From NCBI GenBank assembly GCA_046304235.1, contig JBKCEW010000061.1, positions 1,927 to 65,926 on the forward strand: DNA of 64,000 nucleotides, in the 5' to 3' direction. The stretch comes from Crocinitomicaceae bacterium (lineage in GTDB: Bacteria; Bacteroidota; Bacteroidia; Flavobacteriales_D; Crocinitomicaceae). Below the pieces are notes generated by a model. The model was not told where the DNA came from. It made no database searches and worked only from the letters and a program-made list of their open reading frames with translations. Both the position numbers and the translations under genes were made by a program. This document shows positions 13,901 through 22,383 of the stretch, one piece after another; the stretch's first letter is position 1, and each line of letters starts with the position of its first letter.

Positions 13901-16900
13901 TAATTGGATCAAAATTTGATCCTTCACATTTTTCCATATTCGATAAATCACTTACGACTGGCGTCTCGTTAATTTTTAAAGCAAAAGACTTAATACTAAA
14001 ACAAGTTCCAGAAGTTTTGTAAATAATAGTATATAGCCCTGGAGTTGATGATGCAATATTTATTTTACCTGTTGAGGAATTAATTGATAGTCCACTAGTA
14101 GAAGAGAAAACTCCTCCTGTAGTTCCAGAAATGACAGGAGTTAAATCTATATTATTCTGACAGACAGAATTAGAGCTGTATATAAACGACGCGTCTTCTG
14201 AAGGATTAACAGTTAGTTTAAATGTTTTTATTGCTCCAGTACAAGCTCCAGAGCGAGGTGTGACAGTAACTGTAGAACTGGCAGTAGAATTGCTAGAATT
14301 AGTGCCTGTAAACGATGCTATGTCACCAATACCTGAACTTGCCAAACCAATAGATGTAATAGAATTCGACCATTCATAAGTTGTACCCAACGTACCTGTG
14401 AATTTTATATCTGTGAAATTTATACCTGAACAAACAGTCTGATCTGGAATATTATTTACTAAAGGAGAATTATTTATTCCTACAGTTGTTGTAGCTGTAT
14501 CTCCACAAGTTCCACTGGTTATATATGTAATTTTATACACTCCTTCAGCCGAAGCTGGGATATTAATAAGGCCTGTAGTTGAATTTATAATCAAACCAAC
14601 TGGAGATGATGTGAATACTCCTCCAGAAGCTCCAGAGATGACAGGAGTAGGATTACTATTTGATGTACAGTACGCAGATTCAGCATAAGATATTTTAACA
14701 TCATCTTTATAGCTAACCGACAAAGTAAAAGATTTAGATGCACCCGTACATGAACCAATTTTAGGAGTGACAATAATGGTTGAAGTAACAAGCGGGTTTG
14801 CTAGTGTTGCTCCGGCACCGGTAAATGCATTTATATTACCCACACCATTAGATGGTAAACCCAGTAAAGCGGGATTACTTGAGGTCCAGTTAAAGGTAGT
14901 ACCTGCAGTACCTGAAAAGTTAATAGCGTTAAAATTACTTCCTGAACAAATTGTTTGAGAAGTAATTGCATTTACGGAAGGATTACTACCAATAGTGATG
15001 GTAAGAGATTGTGAATTTGAACAAGTCCCATTGGTTGTATATGTCAGTGAATAAGTACCAGCATTAGAAGACGCTAGTGTGATCGCTCCAGTATTTGCAT
15101 TAAATATGGCTCCAACTGGAGACATAGTAAAAACACCTCCTTGTTTACCCGTTATATTCGCTATTGGATTAGGATCCAATGTTGAACAAAATGAATTACT
15201 AGGATATGTAAAACTAGGATTCTCTTTAGGATTTACTGTGAGTAAAAAAGTATCTTTAATTCCAACACACGAACCTGAAGTTGGAGTTACTATTATTTTT
15301 CCTGTAATTGAATTTCCGCCAATATTAGTGCCTGTTCCTGTAAATGAGGCAATATTACCTGTCCCTGTTGCTGCTAATCCAATATTGGTATTATCGTTAA
15401 TCCAATTAAAAATTGTTCCTGGAGATCCAGCAAAATTAATCGCATTAAAATTAGAACCTTCACAAATTTGTTGATCTGAAACAGAATTTAAAGTAGGTAA
15501 ATCTGAAATGGCAAAATCAACGATAGAATCGTTAGGGCATGTTCCTTTTGTTTGATAAGTTATTTGATAATAACCCGATTTACTATTTAATAAATTTACA
15601 TTTCCATTTGTATTATTAATCACTAAATCTGCAGAAGAAGAAGTAAAAGTTCCTCCTGTTAAACCAGTAATTATTGGAGTTGGATTTGCATCTAGTTGAC
15701 AAAACGAATTTGATGTATAATTGAAACCTGCGTTATCTAAAGGTTTAACTGTAATCAGAAATTGTTTTGAAATTCCTGTACAACCATTTGCAACTGGTGT
15801 AACATTAATTACTGCGATTTCTGAACTACCTCCAATGCTTGTTCCTTTAGCAGTAAAAGAATTGATATTTCCGGTACCTATTGCAGCCAGACCTATTTTT
15901 GTATTGTTATTGGTCCATTGAAAAACTGGTGTACCTGAACCAGTAAAGTTTATTGTGTTTACATTACTACCATTACATACATCTATATTACTTATTGTAT
16001 TTATAGTTGGAATCTCGTTCACCGTAAAATTAACCGATGCAAATTGAGGACAAACCCCATTAGTAATTACATCGTATCTAATTGTTGTTGAACCAACTGA
16101 AACAGAAGTTACTAATCCAGTAGAACTTACTACTGCCACTGAAGGATTTGAGCTTGTCCATGTTCCACCGGAAGTTCCATTTGTTAATTGTGAATTTGCA
16201 CCTATACAAATAGATGTGGTACCAATTATAGCTGAAACACCTAAAGCCTCTTTAACTGTTACACTAGCACCTACTGTTGTAGAACAATTCGCATTGGTTA
16301 CTTTATAATTTATGGTTGTATTACCCGCAACTTTACCAGTAACTAAACCAAAGGCATTAATCGATGCTACGGTGATATTAGAAGAACTCCAAACTCCTAA
16401 AGGTGTACTATTCGTTAGTTGAATTGTTGAACCTACACAAACATCAGAAACACCATTGATTGCAGGAACAACTGGGTAAGAATTCACATTAATATCTAAC
16501 GTTTTAGAAGAAGAGCAACCATTTGTTGTTACTGTATAACTAATTCTAGATTTACCGGCAGACAATCCACTTACTAATCCATTTAATACGGTAGCTACCA
16601 CAGTACTACTTGAGCTCCAAACTCCACCAATTGTAGCATTTGTTAACGTCAAATTATCACCAATACACAACGAATCTTTTCCTATAATATTTGCAACTAC
16701 TGGTAGAGCAAAAACATTAACCGTAGTACTTATACTATTTGTACATCCACCTATTGCCACAGTATAATTAATAATGGTTGACCCTGCTGATAAAGGTGTA
16801 ACTACCCCTGAACTATTTATAGTTGCAACTCCTAAAGATGTACTTGTCCAAGAACCACCTATAGTTAAAGAAGACAATGTAGTTGTCTCACCTATACAAA

Positions 16901-19900
16901 CATCCGTTTTACCTGTAATTGGTGAAATTGTTGGTTTGGCATTTACAGTGATTCTTCCTGTAGCAAATGAATTTCCACAACCACCTGTAAGCGATATTGA
17001 ATAATCAAAAGTTCCAAATTCTGTTGGTGTACCGCTCAATGTAATTGTATTACTAGCCCAAACAGCATTAATGCCTGTTGGTAACCCAGTAGTACTTCCA
17101 ATTCCTGTAGCACCTGTTGTTGAATGAGTTATTGCTGTTAGCGGAGAATTTATACATAAAGTTGGAGTTGAACTTGCAATACTAGCAGTATTTGCTGAAG
17201 TTACTGTAATGGTTCCTGTTGATGTTATTGTTCCACAACCTCCCGTTAATGTAATCGTATAATTAAATGGTCCTGATGCTGTTGGCGTTCCAGTGATGGT
17301 TGCCACATTTCCTGCCCAGCTTCCTGTAACGCCGGTAGGTAAACCAATAAACGTAGCACCTGTTGCACCTGTGGTTCCATAAGTTATGTCTGTTATTGCC
17401 GTATTGATACATTTCGTTTGGGCATCAGTCCCAACTGCGGAACTTAACGTTGATGTATTATTTGGAGTAACAATGATTGTTCCTGTTGATGTCGTCGTTC
17501 CACAACCACCCGTTAAGTTTACCGTATAATTAAATGGTCCTGATGCTGTTGGAGTTCCAGTAATGGTTGCCACATTTCCTGCCCAGCTTCCTGTAACTCC
17601 GGTAGGTAAACCAACAAACGTTGCTCCTGTTGCACCTGTGGTTCCATAAGTAATAGTCGTTATTGCTGTATTGATACATTTCGTTTGGGCATCAGTCCCA
17701 ACTGCGGAACTTAACGTTGATGTATTGTTTGGAGTGACAATGATTCTTCCTGTTGAAATCGTTGTTCCACAACCTCCTGTTAATGTTACGGTATAATTAA
17801 ACGTTCCCGATGCTGTTGGAGTTCCAGTAATGGTTGCCACATTTCCTACCCAGCTTCCTGTAACGCCTGCCGGCAAACCAACAAACGTTGCTCCTGTAGC
17901 TCCTGTTGTTGCATAAGTAATAGTCGTTATTGCTGTATTGATACATTTCGTTTGGGCATCAGTGCCTACTGCGGAACTTAACGTTGAAGTATTCTCTGGT
18001 GTTACTGTAATGATTCCTGTTGATGTTATTGTTCCACAACCACCCGTTAAGGTTACTGTATAATTAAATGTTCCTGATGCTGTTGGCGTTCCAGTGATGG
18101 TTGCCACATTTCCTGCCCAGCTTCCTGTAACGCCAGAAGGTAAACCACTAAACGTAGCTCCTGTTGAACCTGTGGTTCCATAAGTTATATCTGTTATTGC
18201 CGTATTGACACATTTCGTTTGAGCATCAGTTCCTACTGCGGAACTTAACGTTGATGTATTGTTTGGAGTGACAATGATTCTTCCTGTTGAAATCGTTGTT
18301 CCACAACCTCCTGTTAAGGTTACGGTATAATTAAACGTTCCCGATGCTGTTGGAGTTCCAGTAATGGTTGCCACATTTCCTACCCAGCTTCCTGTAACGC
18401 CAGAAGGTAAACCACTAAACGTAGCTCCTGTTGCGCCTGTGGTTCCATAAGTTATATCTGTTATTGCTGTATTGATACATTTCGTTTGGGCATCAGTGCC
18501 TACTGCGGAACTTAATGCTGAAGTATTCTCTGGTGTTACTGTAATGATTCCTGTTGATGTCGTCGTTCCACAACCACCCGTTAAGGTTACCGTATAATTA
18601 AATGGTCCTGATGCTGTTGGAGTTCCAGTAATGGTTGCCACATTTCCTACCCAGCTTCCTGTAACTCCTGCCGGCAAACCAACAAACGTTGCGCCTGTTG
18701 AACCTGTGGTTCCATAAGTTATATCTGTTATTGCCGTATTGACACATTTCGTTTGAGCATCAGTTCCTACTGCGGAACTTAATGCTGAAGTATTCTCTGG
18801 TGTTACTGTAATGATTCCTGTTGATGTTATTGTTCCACAACCTCCCGTTAATGTAATCGTATAATTAAACGTTCCCGATGCTATTGGCGTTCCAGTGATA
18901 GTTGCCACATTTCCTGCCCAGCTTCCTGTAACGCCAGAAGGTAAACTACTAAACGTAGCTCCTGTTGCGCCTGTGGTTCCATAAGTTATATCTGTTATTG
19001 CTGTATTGATACATTTCGTTTGGGCATCAGTGCCTACTGCGGAACTTAACGTTGATGTATTGTTTGGAGTGACAATGATTCTTCCTGTTGAAATCGTCGT
19101 TCCACAACCTCCCGTTAAGGTTACCGTATAATTAAATGGTCCTGATGCTGTTGGAGTTCCAGTAATGGTTGCCACATTTCCTGCCCAGCTTCCACTTACT
19201 CCTGCCGGCAAACCAACAAACGTTGCACCTGTTGCGCCTGTTGTAGCATAAGTAATAGTCGTTATTGCTGTATTGATACATTTCGTTTGGGCATCAGTCC
19301 CAACTGCGGAACTTAACGTTGAAGTATTATCTGGTGTTACTGTAATGATTCCTGTTGATGTTATTGTTCCACAACCACCCGTTAAGGTTACCGTATAATT
19401 AAATGGTCCTGATGCTGTTGGAGTACCAGTAATGGTTGCCACATTTCCTGCCCAGCTTCCTGTAACCCCAGAAGGTAAACCACTAAACGTAGCTCCTGTT
19501 GCGCCTGTGGTTCCATAAGTTATATCTGTTATTGCTGTACTGATACATTTCGTTTGGGCATCAGTGCCTACTGCGGAACTTAATGCTGAAGTATTCTCTG
19601 GTGTTACTGTAATGATTCCTGTTGATGTTATTGTTCCACAACCTCCCGTTAATGTAATCGTATAATTAAATGGTCCTGATGCTGTTGGGGTTCCAGTAAT
19701 GGTTGCCACATTTCCTGTCCAGCTTCCTGTAACGCCTGCCGGCAAACCAACAAACGTTGAGCCTGTTGCGCCTGTTGTAGCATAAGTAATAGTCGTTATT
19801 GCTGTATTGATACAAGTCGTTTGGGCATCTGTACCTACTGCTGAACTTAAGGTTGATGTGTTGTCCGCACTTACAGTTATTGTACCAGTAGCTACAATGT

Positions 19901-22097
19901 TACCACACCCACCTGTGAGAGGAATTGAATAATTAAACGTTCCAGACTCAGTAGGTGTACCAGTAATAGTTATTGCATTACTTGCCCATATTGCCGAAAC
20001 ACCAGCAGGTAAACCACTAGGAGTGTCTATTCCTGTAGCTCCCGTAGTTGTATGCGTAATCGAAGTTAATGGTGTATTGATACATAAAGTTGGAGTTGAA
20101 CTAGGGAGACCAACTGTATTGAAAGGAATAATTACCACAGGAACCTCTGTTCTTGTAGAAGACAAACAACCAGTTACCTGATCTCTTGCTTCCGCAAAGT
20201 AACTTGTAGATAAAGCTTCATTTGTGGTAAATGTATTACCTGTAAAAATAATTGAACCACCTATTGAACTACTAAACCAATCTACATCTTGTCCAGCGTT
20301 TGGAGTTGCATTCAAATTAACTACACCCGGACCACAACGGGTTTCACCAGATGCAACTGGTGGAGCCAAAATTGAATTAATTGTAACTTTTACTGGCACT
20401 CTGCTTGTTGATTTACAACCTGTTATTTGATTTACAGCATCAGCATAAAGTGTAGTATCTTTATTAATTAGTCCAGTTGTATAGCTGGTACCTGTGTAAA
20501 ATGATGATTCAATTGGATTTGTTGTTAAGTACCATCTAGCATCTTGATTAACCCCATTTAGTACTACATCTAATGTAACTGTACCTTCACCACATCTTGA
20601 TTTATCGATAGGTGTTGGAGCTAAAGGAATAGAATTTACTGTTGCAGTAACAGGTGTTCTATCTACCGATGTACAACCTGTTGTTATATTCTTTGCTTGA
20701 GCATAATAGGTAGTTGTATTTTCAATTTCTGGAGTAGTATAATTCGAAGAACTACCACCGGATAACACAGTTCCACCAGTCGATAATTCATACCATTCAA
20801 TAGATTCTCCAACACCTGGAGTAGCAGATAAATTAACGATACCTTTACCACACCTACTACCTGATGTCGTAATTGGTTTAATCGGTGGCGTATTTACAAT
20901 TGCTTTAATCTCTGTTTTTGATGATAGACAACCTGTTAGTGTGTTTTTTGCTTCAGCATAAAAAGAAGTTGTAGTTGAGATTGTCGGTGTAGTTAATGTT
21001 AACCCTGTTCCCAAAACCGTCACTTGGTCTGCCGCATACCATTTGATAGTAGTTCCAGTAACTGTTGAAACTTTCAAATTAACTTTTCCAGAACCACATC
21101 TAGAACTATCAGAACCTGTGGGAGCTAATGGTGGATTTTTATCCTCATAAATGGTAATACTATCTTTACTAGAACAACCATTTGCGAGAAAACCTGTAAC
21201 AATATATTTAGCTGGACTAGATATAATAATACTTGACGTATTACTCCCTTCCGACCAAGAATAACTCACCCCACCACTAGATGACAATGTAATGTTTTGT
21301 ACATTACAAGTTAACGTATCAATCGACTTGTCATTTATTATGATCGTTGGCAAACCATTTACATTAATGTTGCCAAACAAGGTAGAATCCTCTGAAACGG
21401 GGCAAGCGCCACTTGCTGTAACAGAATAATTATATGGAGATGCTGCATTTGATGTAGGGGCACCATGGATTTTTAAAAAAGGGTATGCATAGGTAAAGGT
21501 GACACCAGCAGGTAATCCTGAAGCTGTAGCAGTAGTTGCATTCGCATCAACTTGGTACTTTATAGTGTCTAAAGGTGAATTTAGACAAACCGTTTGATTC
21601 GATGAAGCTAAAGATGATATTAAGTTAATTTCATTTCCTTTAACATAAAAAGTCTCTGTTTGATCTATGCCAGGACTGAAATCACCTGTACATGTTGCAG
21701 ACATTTGAACAGTATATTTTCCTTTTTTAGAAAAATCTCCGACAGTAGTGACATTAACATATCTTGACCCTCCAGGACTAATAGAAGTTCCTGAATTTAA
21801 AGATGTTGTAAAAGATTGAACTACTGGTCCTGTAATACTTATGGTTATTGTTACTGGAGTAGATACAACATTCAAACTACTTGTACCATTATTTACAATT
21901 TTGACTTGTAGAGTTCTTCCAGTAGCGGGACACATCCCATCTTCAGGATGTGGATCACCACTAGTAGTTAAAGCTGTCGCCGCAACATTAACTGACTGAG
22001 CACTAGACCCTAAAGCAAACACAAAAATAAATAAAGCACCTAACAAAAATTTAAGTGAAAAACTATTTGTGTTCAATATATATTTAATTTTCAACAT
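7695..22097 (-). CDS. Giant (4,800 aa) repetitive cell-surface protein/adhesin, a T9SS substrate with a type-B (gliding-motility-associated) C-terminal sorting domain
   Basis: A single uninterrupted 14,403-nt ORF. It has a signal peptide (MLKIKY...FVFALGSSAQS), serial Cys-containing Ig/PKD/BIG2-like repeat families, and a terminal ~90 aa with FTPDNDGTNDAF..NRWGN..WDG..GVYFYQY. Confidence 0.9.
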   Translation of the reverse strand: MLKIKYILNTNSFSLKFLLGALFIFVFALGSSAQSVNVAATALTTSGDPHPEDGMCPATGRTLQVKIVNNGTSSLNVVSTPVTITISITGPVVQSFTTSLNSGTSISPGGSRYVNVTTVGDFSKKGKYTVQMSATCTGDFSPGIDQTETFYVKGNEINLISSLASSNQTVCLNSPLDTIKYQVDANATTATASGLPAGVTFTYAYPFLKIHGAPTSNAASPYNYSVTASGACPVSEDSTLFGNINVNGLPTIIINDKSIDTLTCNVQNITLSSSGGVSYSWSEGSNTSSIIISSPAKYIVTGFLANGCSSKDSITIYEDKNPPLAPTGSDSSRCGSGKVNLKVSTVTGTTIKWYAADQVTVLGTGLTLTTPTISTTTSFYAEAKNTLTGCLSSKTEIKAIVNTPPIKPITTSGSRCGKGIVNLSATPGVGESIEWYELSTGGTVLSGGSSSNYTTPEIENTTTYYAQAKNITTGCTSVDRTPVTATVNSIPLAPTPIDKSRCGEGTVTLDVVLNGVNQDARWYLTTNPIESSFYTGTSYTTGLINKDTTLYADAVNQITGCKSTSRVPVKVTINSILAPPVASGETRCGPGVVNLNATPNAGQDVDWFSSSIGGSIIFTGNTFTTNEALSTSYFAEARDQVTGCLSSTRTEVPVVIIPFNTVGLPSSTPTLCINTPLTSITHTTTGATGIDTPSGLPAGVSAIWASNAITITGTPTESGTFNYSIPLTGGCGNIVATGTITVSADNTSTLSSAVGTDAQTTCINTAITTITYATTGATGSTFVGLPAGVTGSWTGNVATITGTPTASGPFNYTITLTGGCGTITSTGIITVTPENTSALSSAVGTDAQTKCISTAITDITYGTTGATGATFSGLPSGVTGSWAGNVATITGTPTASGPFNYTVTLTGGCGTITSTGIITVTPDNTSTLSSAVGTDAQTKCINTAITTITYATTGATGATFVGLPAGVSGSWAGNVATITGTPTASGPFNYTVTLTGGCGTTISTGRIIVTPNNTSTLSSAVGTDAQTKCINTAITDITYGTTGATGATFSSLPSGVTGSWAGNVATITGTPIASGTFNYTITLTGGCGTITSTGIITVTPENTSALSSAVGTDAQTKCVNTAITDITYGTTGSTGATFVGLPAGVTGSWVGNVATITGTPTASGPFNYTVTLTGGCGTTTSTGIITVTPENTSALSSAVGTDAQTKCINTAITDITYGTTGATGATFSGLPSGVTGSWVGNVATITGTPTASGTFNYTVTLTGGCGTTISTGRIIVTPNNTSTLSSAVGTDAQTKCVNTAITDITYGTTGSTGATFSGLPSGVTGSWAGNVATITGTPTASGTFNYTVTLTGGCGTITSTGIITVTPENTSTLSSAVGTDAQTKCINTAITTITYATTGATGATFVGLPAGVTGSWVGNVATITGTPTASGTFNYTVTLTGGCGTTISTGRIIVTPNNTSTLSSAVGTDAQTKCINTAITTITYGTTGATGATFVGLPTGVTGSWAGNVATITGTPTASGPFNYTVNLTGGCGTTTSTGTIIVTPNNTSTLSSAVGTDAQTKCINTAITDITYGTTGATGATFIGLPTGVTGSWAGNVATITGTPTASGPFNYTITLTGGCGTITSTGTITVTSANTASIASSTPTLCINSPLTAITHSTTGATGIGSTTGLPTGINAVWASNTITLSGTPTEFGTFDYSISLTGGCGNSFATGRITVNAKPTISPITGKTDVCIGETTTLSSLTIGGSWTSTSLGVATINSSGVVTPLSAGSTIINYTVAIGGCTNSISTTVNVFALPVVANIIGKDSLCIGDNLTLTNATIGGVWSSSSTVVATVLNGLVSGLSAGKSRISYTVTTNGCSSSKTLDINVNSYPVVPAINGVSDVCVGSTIQLTNSTPLGVWSSSNITVASINAFGLVTGKVAGNTTINYKVTNANCSTTVGASVTVKEALGVSAIIGTTSICIGANSQLTNGTSGGTWTSSNPSVAVVSSTGLVTSVSVGSTTIRYDVITNGVCPQFASVNFTVNEIPTINTISNIDVCNGSNVNTINFTGSGTPVFQWTNNNTKIGLAAIGTGNINSFTAKGTSIGGSSEIAVINVTPVANGCTGISKQFLITVKPLDNAGFNYTSNSFCQLDANPTPIITGLTGGTFTSSSADLVINNTNGNVNLLNSKSGYYQITYQTKGTCPNDSIVDFAISDLPTLNSVSDQQICEGSNFNAINFAGSPGTIFNWINDNTNIGLAATGTGNIASFTGTGTNIGGNSITGKIIVTPTSGSCVGIKDTFLLTVNPKENPSFTYPSNSFCSTLDPNPIANITGKQGGVFTMSPVGAIFNANTGAITLASSNAGTYSLTYTTNGTCSNSQSLTITIGSNPSVNAITSQTICSGSNFNAINFSGTAGTTFNWTSSNPALLGLPSNGVGNINAFTGAGATLANPLVTSTIIVTPKIGSCTGASKSFTLSVSYKDDVKISYAESAYCTSNSNPTPVISGASGGVFTSSPVGLIINSTTGLINIPASAEGVYKITYITSGTCGDTATTTVGINNSPLVNNIPDQTVCSGINFTDIKFTGTLGTTYEWSNSITSIGLASSGIGDIASFTGTNSSNSTASSTVTVTPRSGACTGAIKTFKLTVNPSEDASFIYSSNSVCQNNIDLTPVISGTTGGVFSSTSGLSINSSTGKINIASSTPGLYTIIYKTSGTCFSIKSFALKINETPVVSDLSNMEKCEGSNFDPISFTGTVGASFSWTNSNQSIGLTSSGQGNISSFKATGTSLGGSPTSAVISVIPIMNGCSGTSKSMILTTNSLDNPAFAYGSNSYCFTELNPTPTISGRTGGTFSVFPASGLLIDASTGTLDLTSATAGNYQITYNTNGFCKNDSTITMSIGSAPLAQPVTSQTVCQGSSFNAIDFQGAPGTVYEWTNSNTAIGLGDSGSGNINSFVANGTSVGGSTISSIITVMPKIGTCIGIPITFSLTVKPLDNATFNYTNTSFCKNQTNPTPIISGLTGGTFTSTPIGISMNSVGTINLATSTSGNYTVSYTTHGECPNVSTFPISIGSSPTVNSVSDQTVCSGSNFSKISFTGNPGTVFNWTNTNSAIGLSSSGTGDISSFKSLSVGSSIIVVTPIIGTCAGTSKTFTLSVNAVQNSTIQYGQSSYCITDSDPTPVQTGPLNGVFSASPTGLILNSTSGMINLATSSPGNYIVSYNLSAQCSTSSSTTISVGSAPTVNTVSVAPICNGATFNAITFTGTPGTQFHWTNSNINIGLPASGTGNIASFVGVNNSKSDISSNITVTPVVGTCIGTPKTFNLTIRPSDDPSFSYSSTNICFNDSDISPSINGTSGGVFTSVPIGLSLNSNSGKINVSNSLPGNYNVTYLTNGNCPKAKTEAIVINPMPYVNNLTVSPKCQGSIFSSITFTGSQNTTFNWKNSNTTIGLSAAGVGLIPSFTASGTIKNGASAIGIITVSPEINGCKGGAMSFPVTVLSLDDPTFKYPKSSICQTDLNPLPIITGTTGGVFTSSPSGLSLNPTTGRITIGTSFVGNYNITYTTNGSCPKDTTISIQLNSLPEVNTISNQNRCFGDSFNPITFSGTPNTKFNWVNSNSNIGLPASGNGNIAAFIAKGTVFGGSSIVSNVIVTPEINGCFGSTKSFDLTVNPIDNPAFHYSDNSFCTTQSDPTPIIDGTVGGVFSSQPIGLSINTSTGKINLISSTPGMYQIKYTTPGNCKDDSTVTIGIGSNPSVDDVDDQSFCQGDMFDPVNFTGNAGTIFEWVNSNINIGIPASGAGNIIGFKALGTIDGGADAIASITVTPRVGTCIGSHVNYKYKVRANPKIVASIANSSKQDTSFCKGGSAILSATGASKNENFIWTPHTSLVGNLGIGATVTTKTDTTQQYIVRGQSQFGCYNYDTLSIYVYNPKVDQKRDTMVCAGSLINSIPFVSNLNGTTFEWANSNANIGLGFNGTGNINGFIANNNTNTVKQTAIISVTPKYLISSINKTCVGPVMKFSIDVNKLDDPSFNGYLAQYCANETSNTFPTITGFKGGVFSALPSGLALNSNSGEIFPISSKAGSYSVKYTTNGVCPKSDSIYLFINPLITATISGADTVCVNAVSPQIKFKGFNGVAPYIFKYKVNGGAIQTISSDPGKEEVSVAVPTNKSGIYTYELVSVEESSSSQCKNSNVFGIQNVIVNELPTAQITTTDASVCLGANSPEIRITGINGVSPFTFTYFISKDGNPFGPSQNVSTGQGQHLASIPVNTSSSGIYNYTVNIVKNGDDLSCSNNINISQTVTIKPLPTAIVTSKPSGVCMNGDATIEFTASNGTPPFTFVYSINNSGNQTIKTNNTSYTITLKANTNSSGIFNYKIVSISDGDNTSCQNNNVNANVDLIVTPGTKVNKVQDINVCVNEKSDTIEFTGGVSGTKYEWYSNNTTVGVNGSGIGNILPFVSKNTSGSTTNISRITVIPSVGQCIGDTMKFDIVVRPKPKAKINAPNTVCPGDSILLEGVGNELKYVWTPNVSCITCNPVIAKPTQNTTYKAFVTDKYNCFDSTEFDVVVYRRPDINVDEPVVCGEPQLVILKGKDNNTYTYSDGVLDGVPFMPKKGINPYVVFVKDNLGCKNSDTLNVYVIDKPVSKFTATPEAGLASDVKPLNVLLTNKSSAASDFEWYFRNGDQSPLIKNTLEPVTALYKKPGIYVITLISKNGKCIDSSLISIKIDKLDTPRVEIAPNVFTPDNDGTNDAFFITVKNAKDIHVLIFNRWGNPIYEMTETSQSWDGTINGKDADEGVYFYQYEIEGTSGEKIKGQGYVQLIRN
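8680..16013 (-). repeat. Diverged protein-level repeats. 13 copies of a ~90-aa module (C..GS.F..I.F.G..GT.F.W.N.N..IGL...G.GNI..F) are present, and 12 are each followed by a second ~70-aa module (F.Y....C.....PTP.I.G..GG.F.S.P.GL.....TG.I.L..S..G.Y...Y.T.G.C)
   Basis: I counted the F/Y-x-W-x-N-x-N-xx-IGL motif 13 times in the translation. The first 11 dual modules are contiguous with a period of ~163 aa. The series is interrupted by an Ig-like segment and by three ~100-aa repeats (~8,960-9,860). Confidence 0.75.
16014..16937 (-). repeat. Four BIG2-like (bacterial Ig-like group 2) repeats of ~77 aa
   Basis: Repeating pattern I.G....C.G....L....GG.W.SS...VA.....G.V....AG...I.Y.V...C. Confidence 0.65.
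16938..20108 (-). repeat. Twelve-unit in-frame tandem array, 267 nt (89 aa) per core unit. Ten near-identical core units span 17181-19850, flanked by one diverged unit on each side
   Basis: Core unit: LSSAVGTDAQTKCINTAIT[DT]ITY[GA]TTGATGATF.GLP.GVTGSW.GNVATITGTPTASG[PT]FNYTVTLTGGCGT..STG.I.VTP.NTS. The L codon of unit 1 is at 19848-19850 and that of unit 10 at 17445-17447, and the difference is exactly 9 x 267 nt. Confidence 0.9.
20109..21137 (-). repeat. Four ~85-aa Ig-like repeats (..RCG.G.V.L.A.......WY.........G..YTTP.I..TT.YYA.A.N..TGC.S..R..V...V)
   Basis: The RCG...WY/WF...TGC pattern recurs four times in the translation. This type of repeat is commonly seen N-terminal in CHU_C-type proteins. 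Confidence 0.65.
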
Positions 22098-22297
22098 ATT
22101 AACGAAAAAGTAAACTTTGTATTATTGAAATACAACTTTCAAAAATAACATTATATATTCAAAAACATTACGTTCAAATCGCAAAAAGGTTTATTCAAAA
22201 TCATAATTTACACATAAAAAAACTTATGCTCAATTTTTTTGAACAATTTGTGGATTAGTGAATTCGAAAAATTATTAAAACATAATCCATTTTTTGA

Positions 22298-22328
22298 TTG
22301 TTTCAATACCACAAAATAGGTATTTTTG
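22298..22328 (+). promoter_or_regulatory. Candidate Bacteroidota sigma-A promoter for the suf operon (-33 TTG, 20-nt spacer, -7 TATTTTTG)
   Basis: TTG at 22298-22300 and TATTTTTG (TAnnTTTG consensus) at 22321-22328, ~55 nt upstream of the sufA ATG. This is a motif match only. Confidence 0.3.
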
Positions 22329-22383
22329 CACTGTAATTTTGTTTATTTAAAATTAGTCTAAATAAATATAAGCAATTATCGAT

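Noticed and set aside
9151-20430. Many 60-131-aa plus-strand ORFs inside the giant gene (for example 15079-15474 and 13397-13648)
   Set aside because: They are antisense frames of a long, compositionally biased repeat-rich CDS. They recur because the repeats recur, and none has an independent signal.
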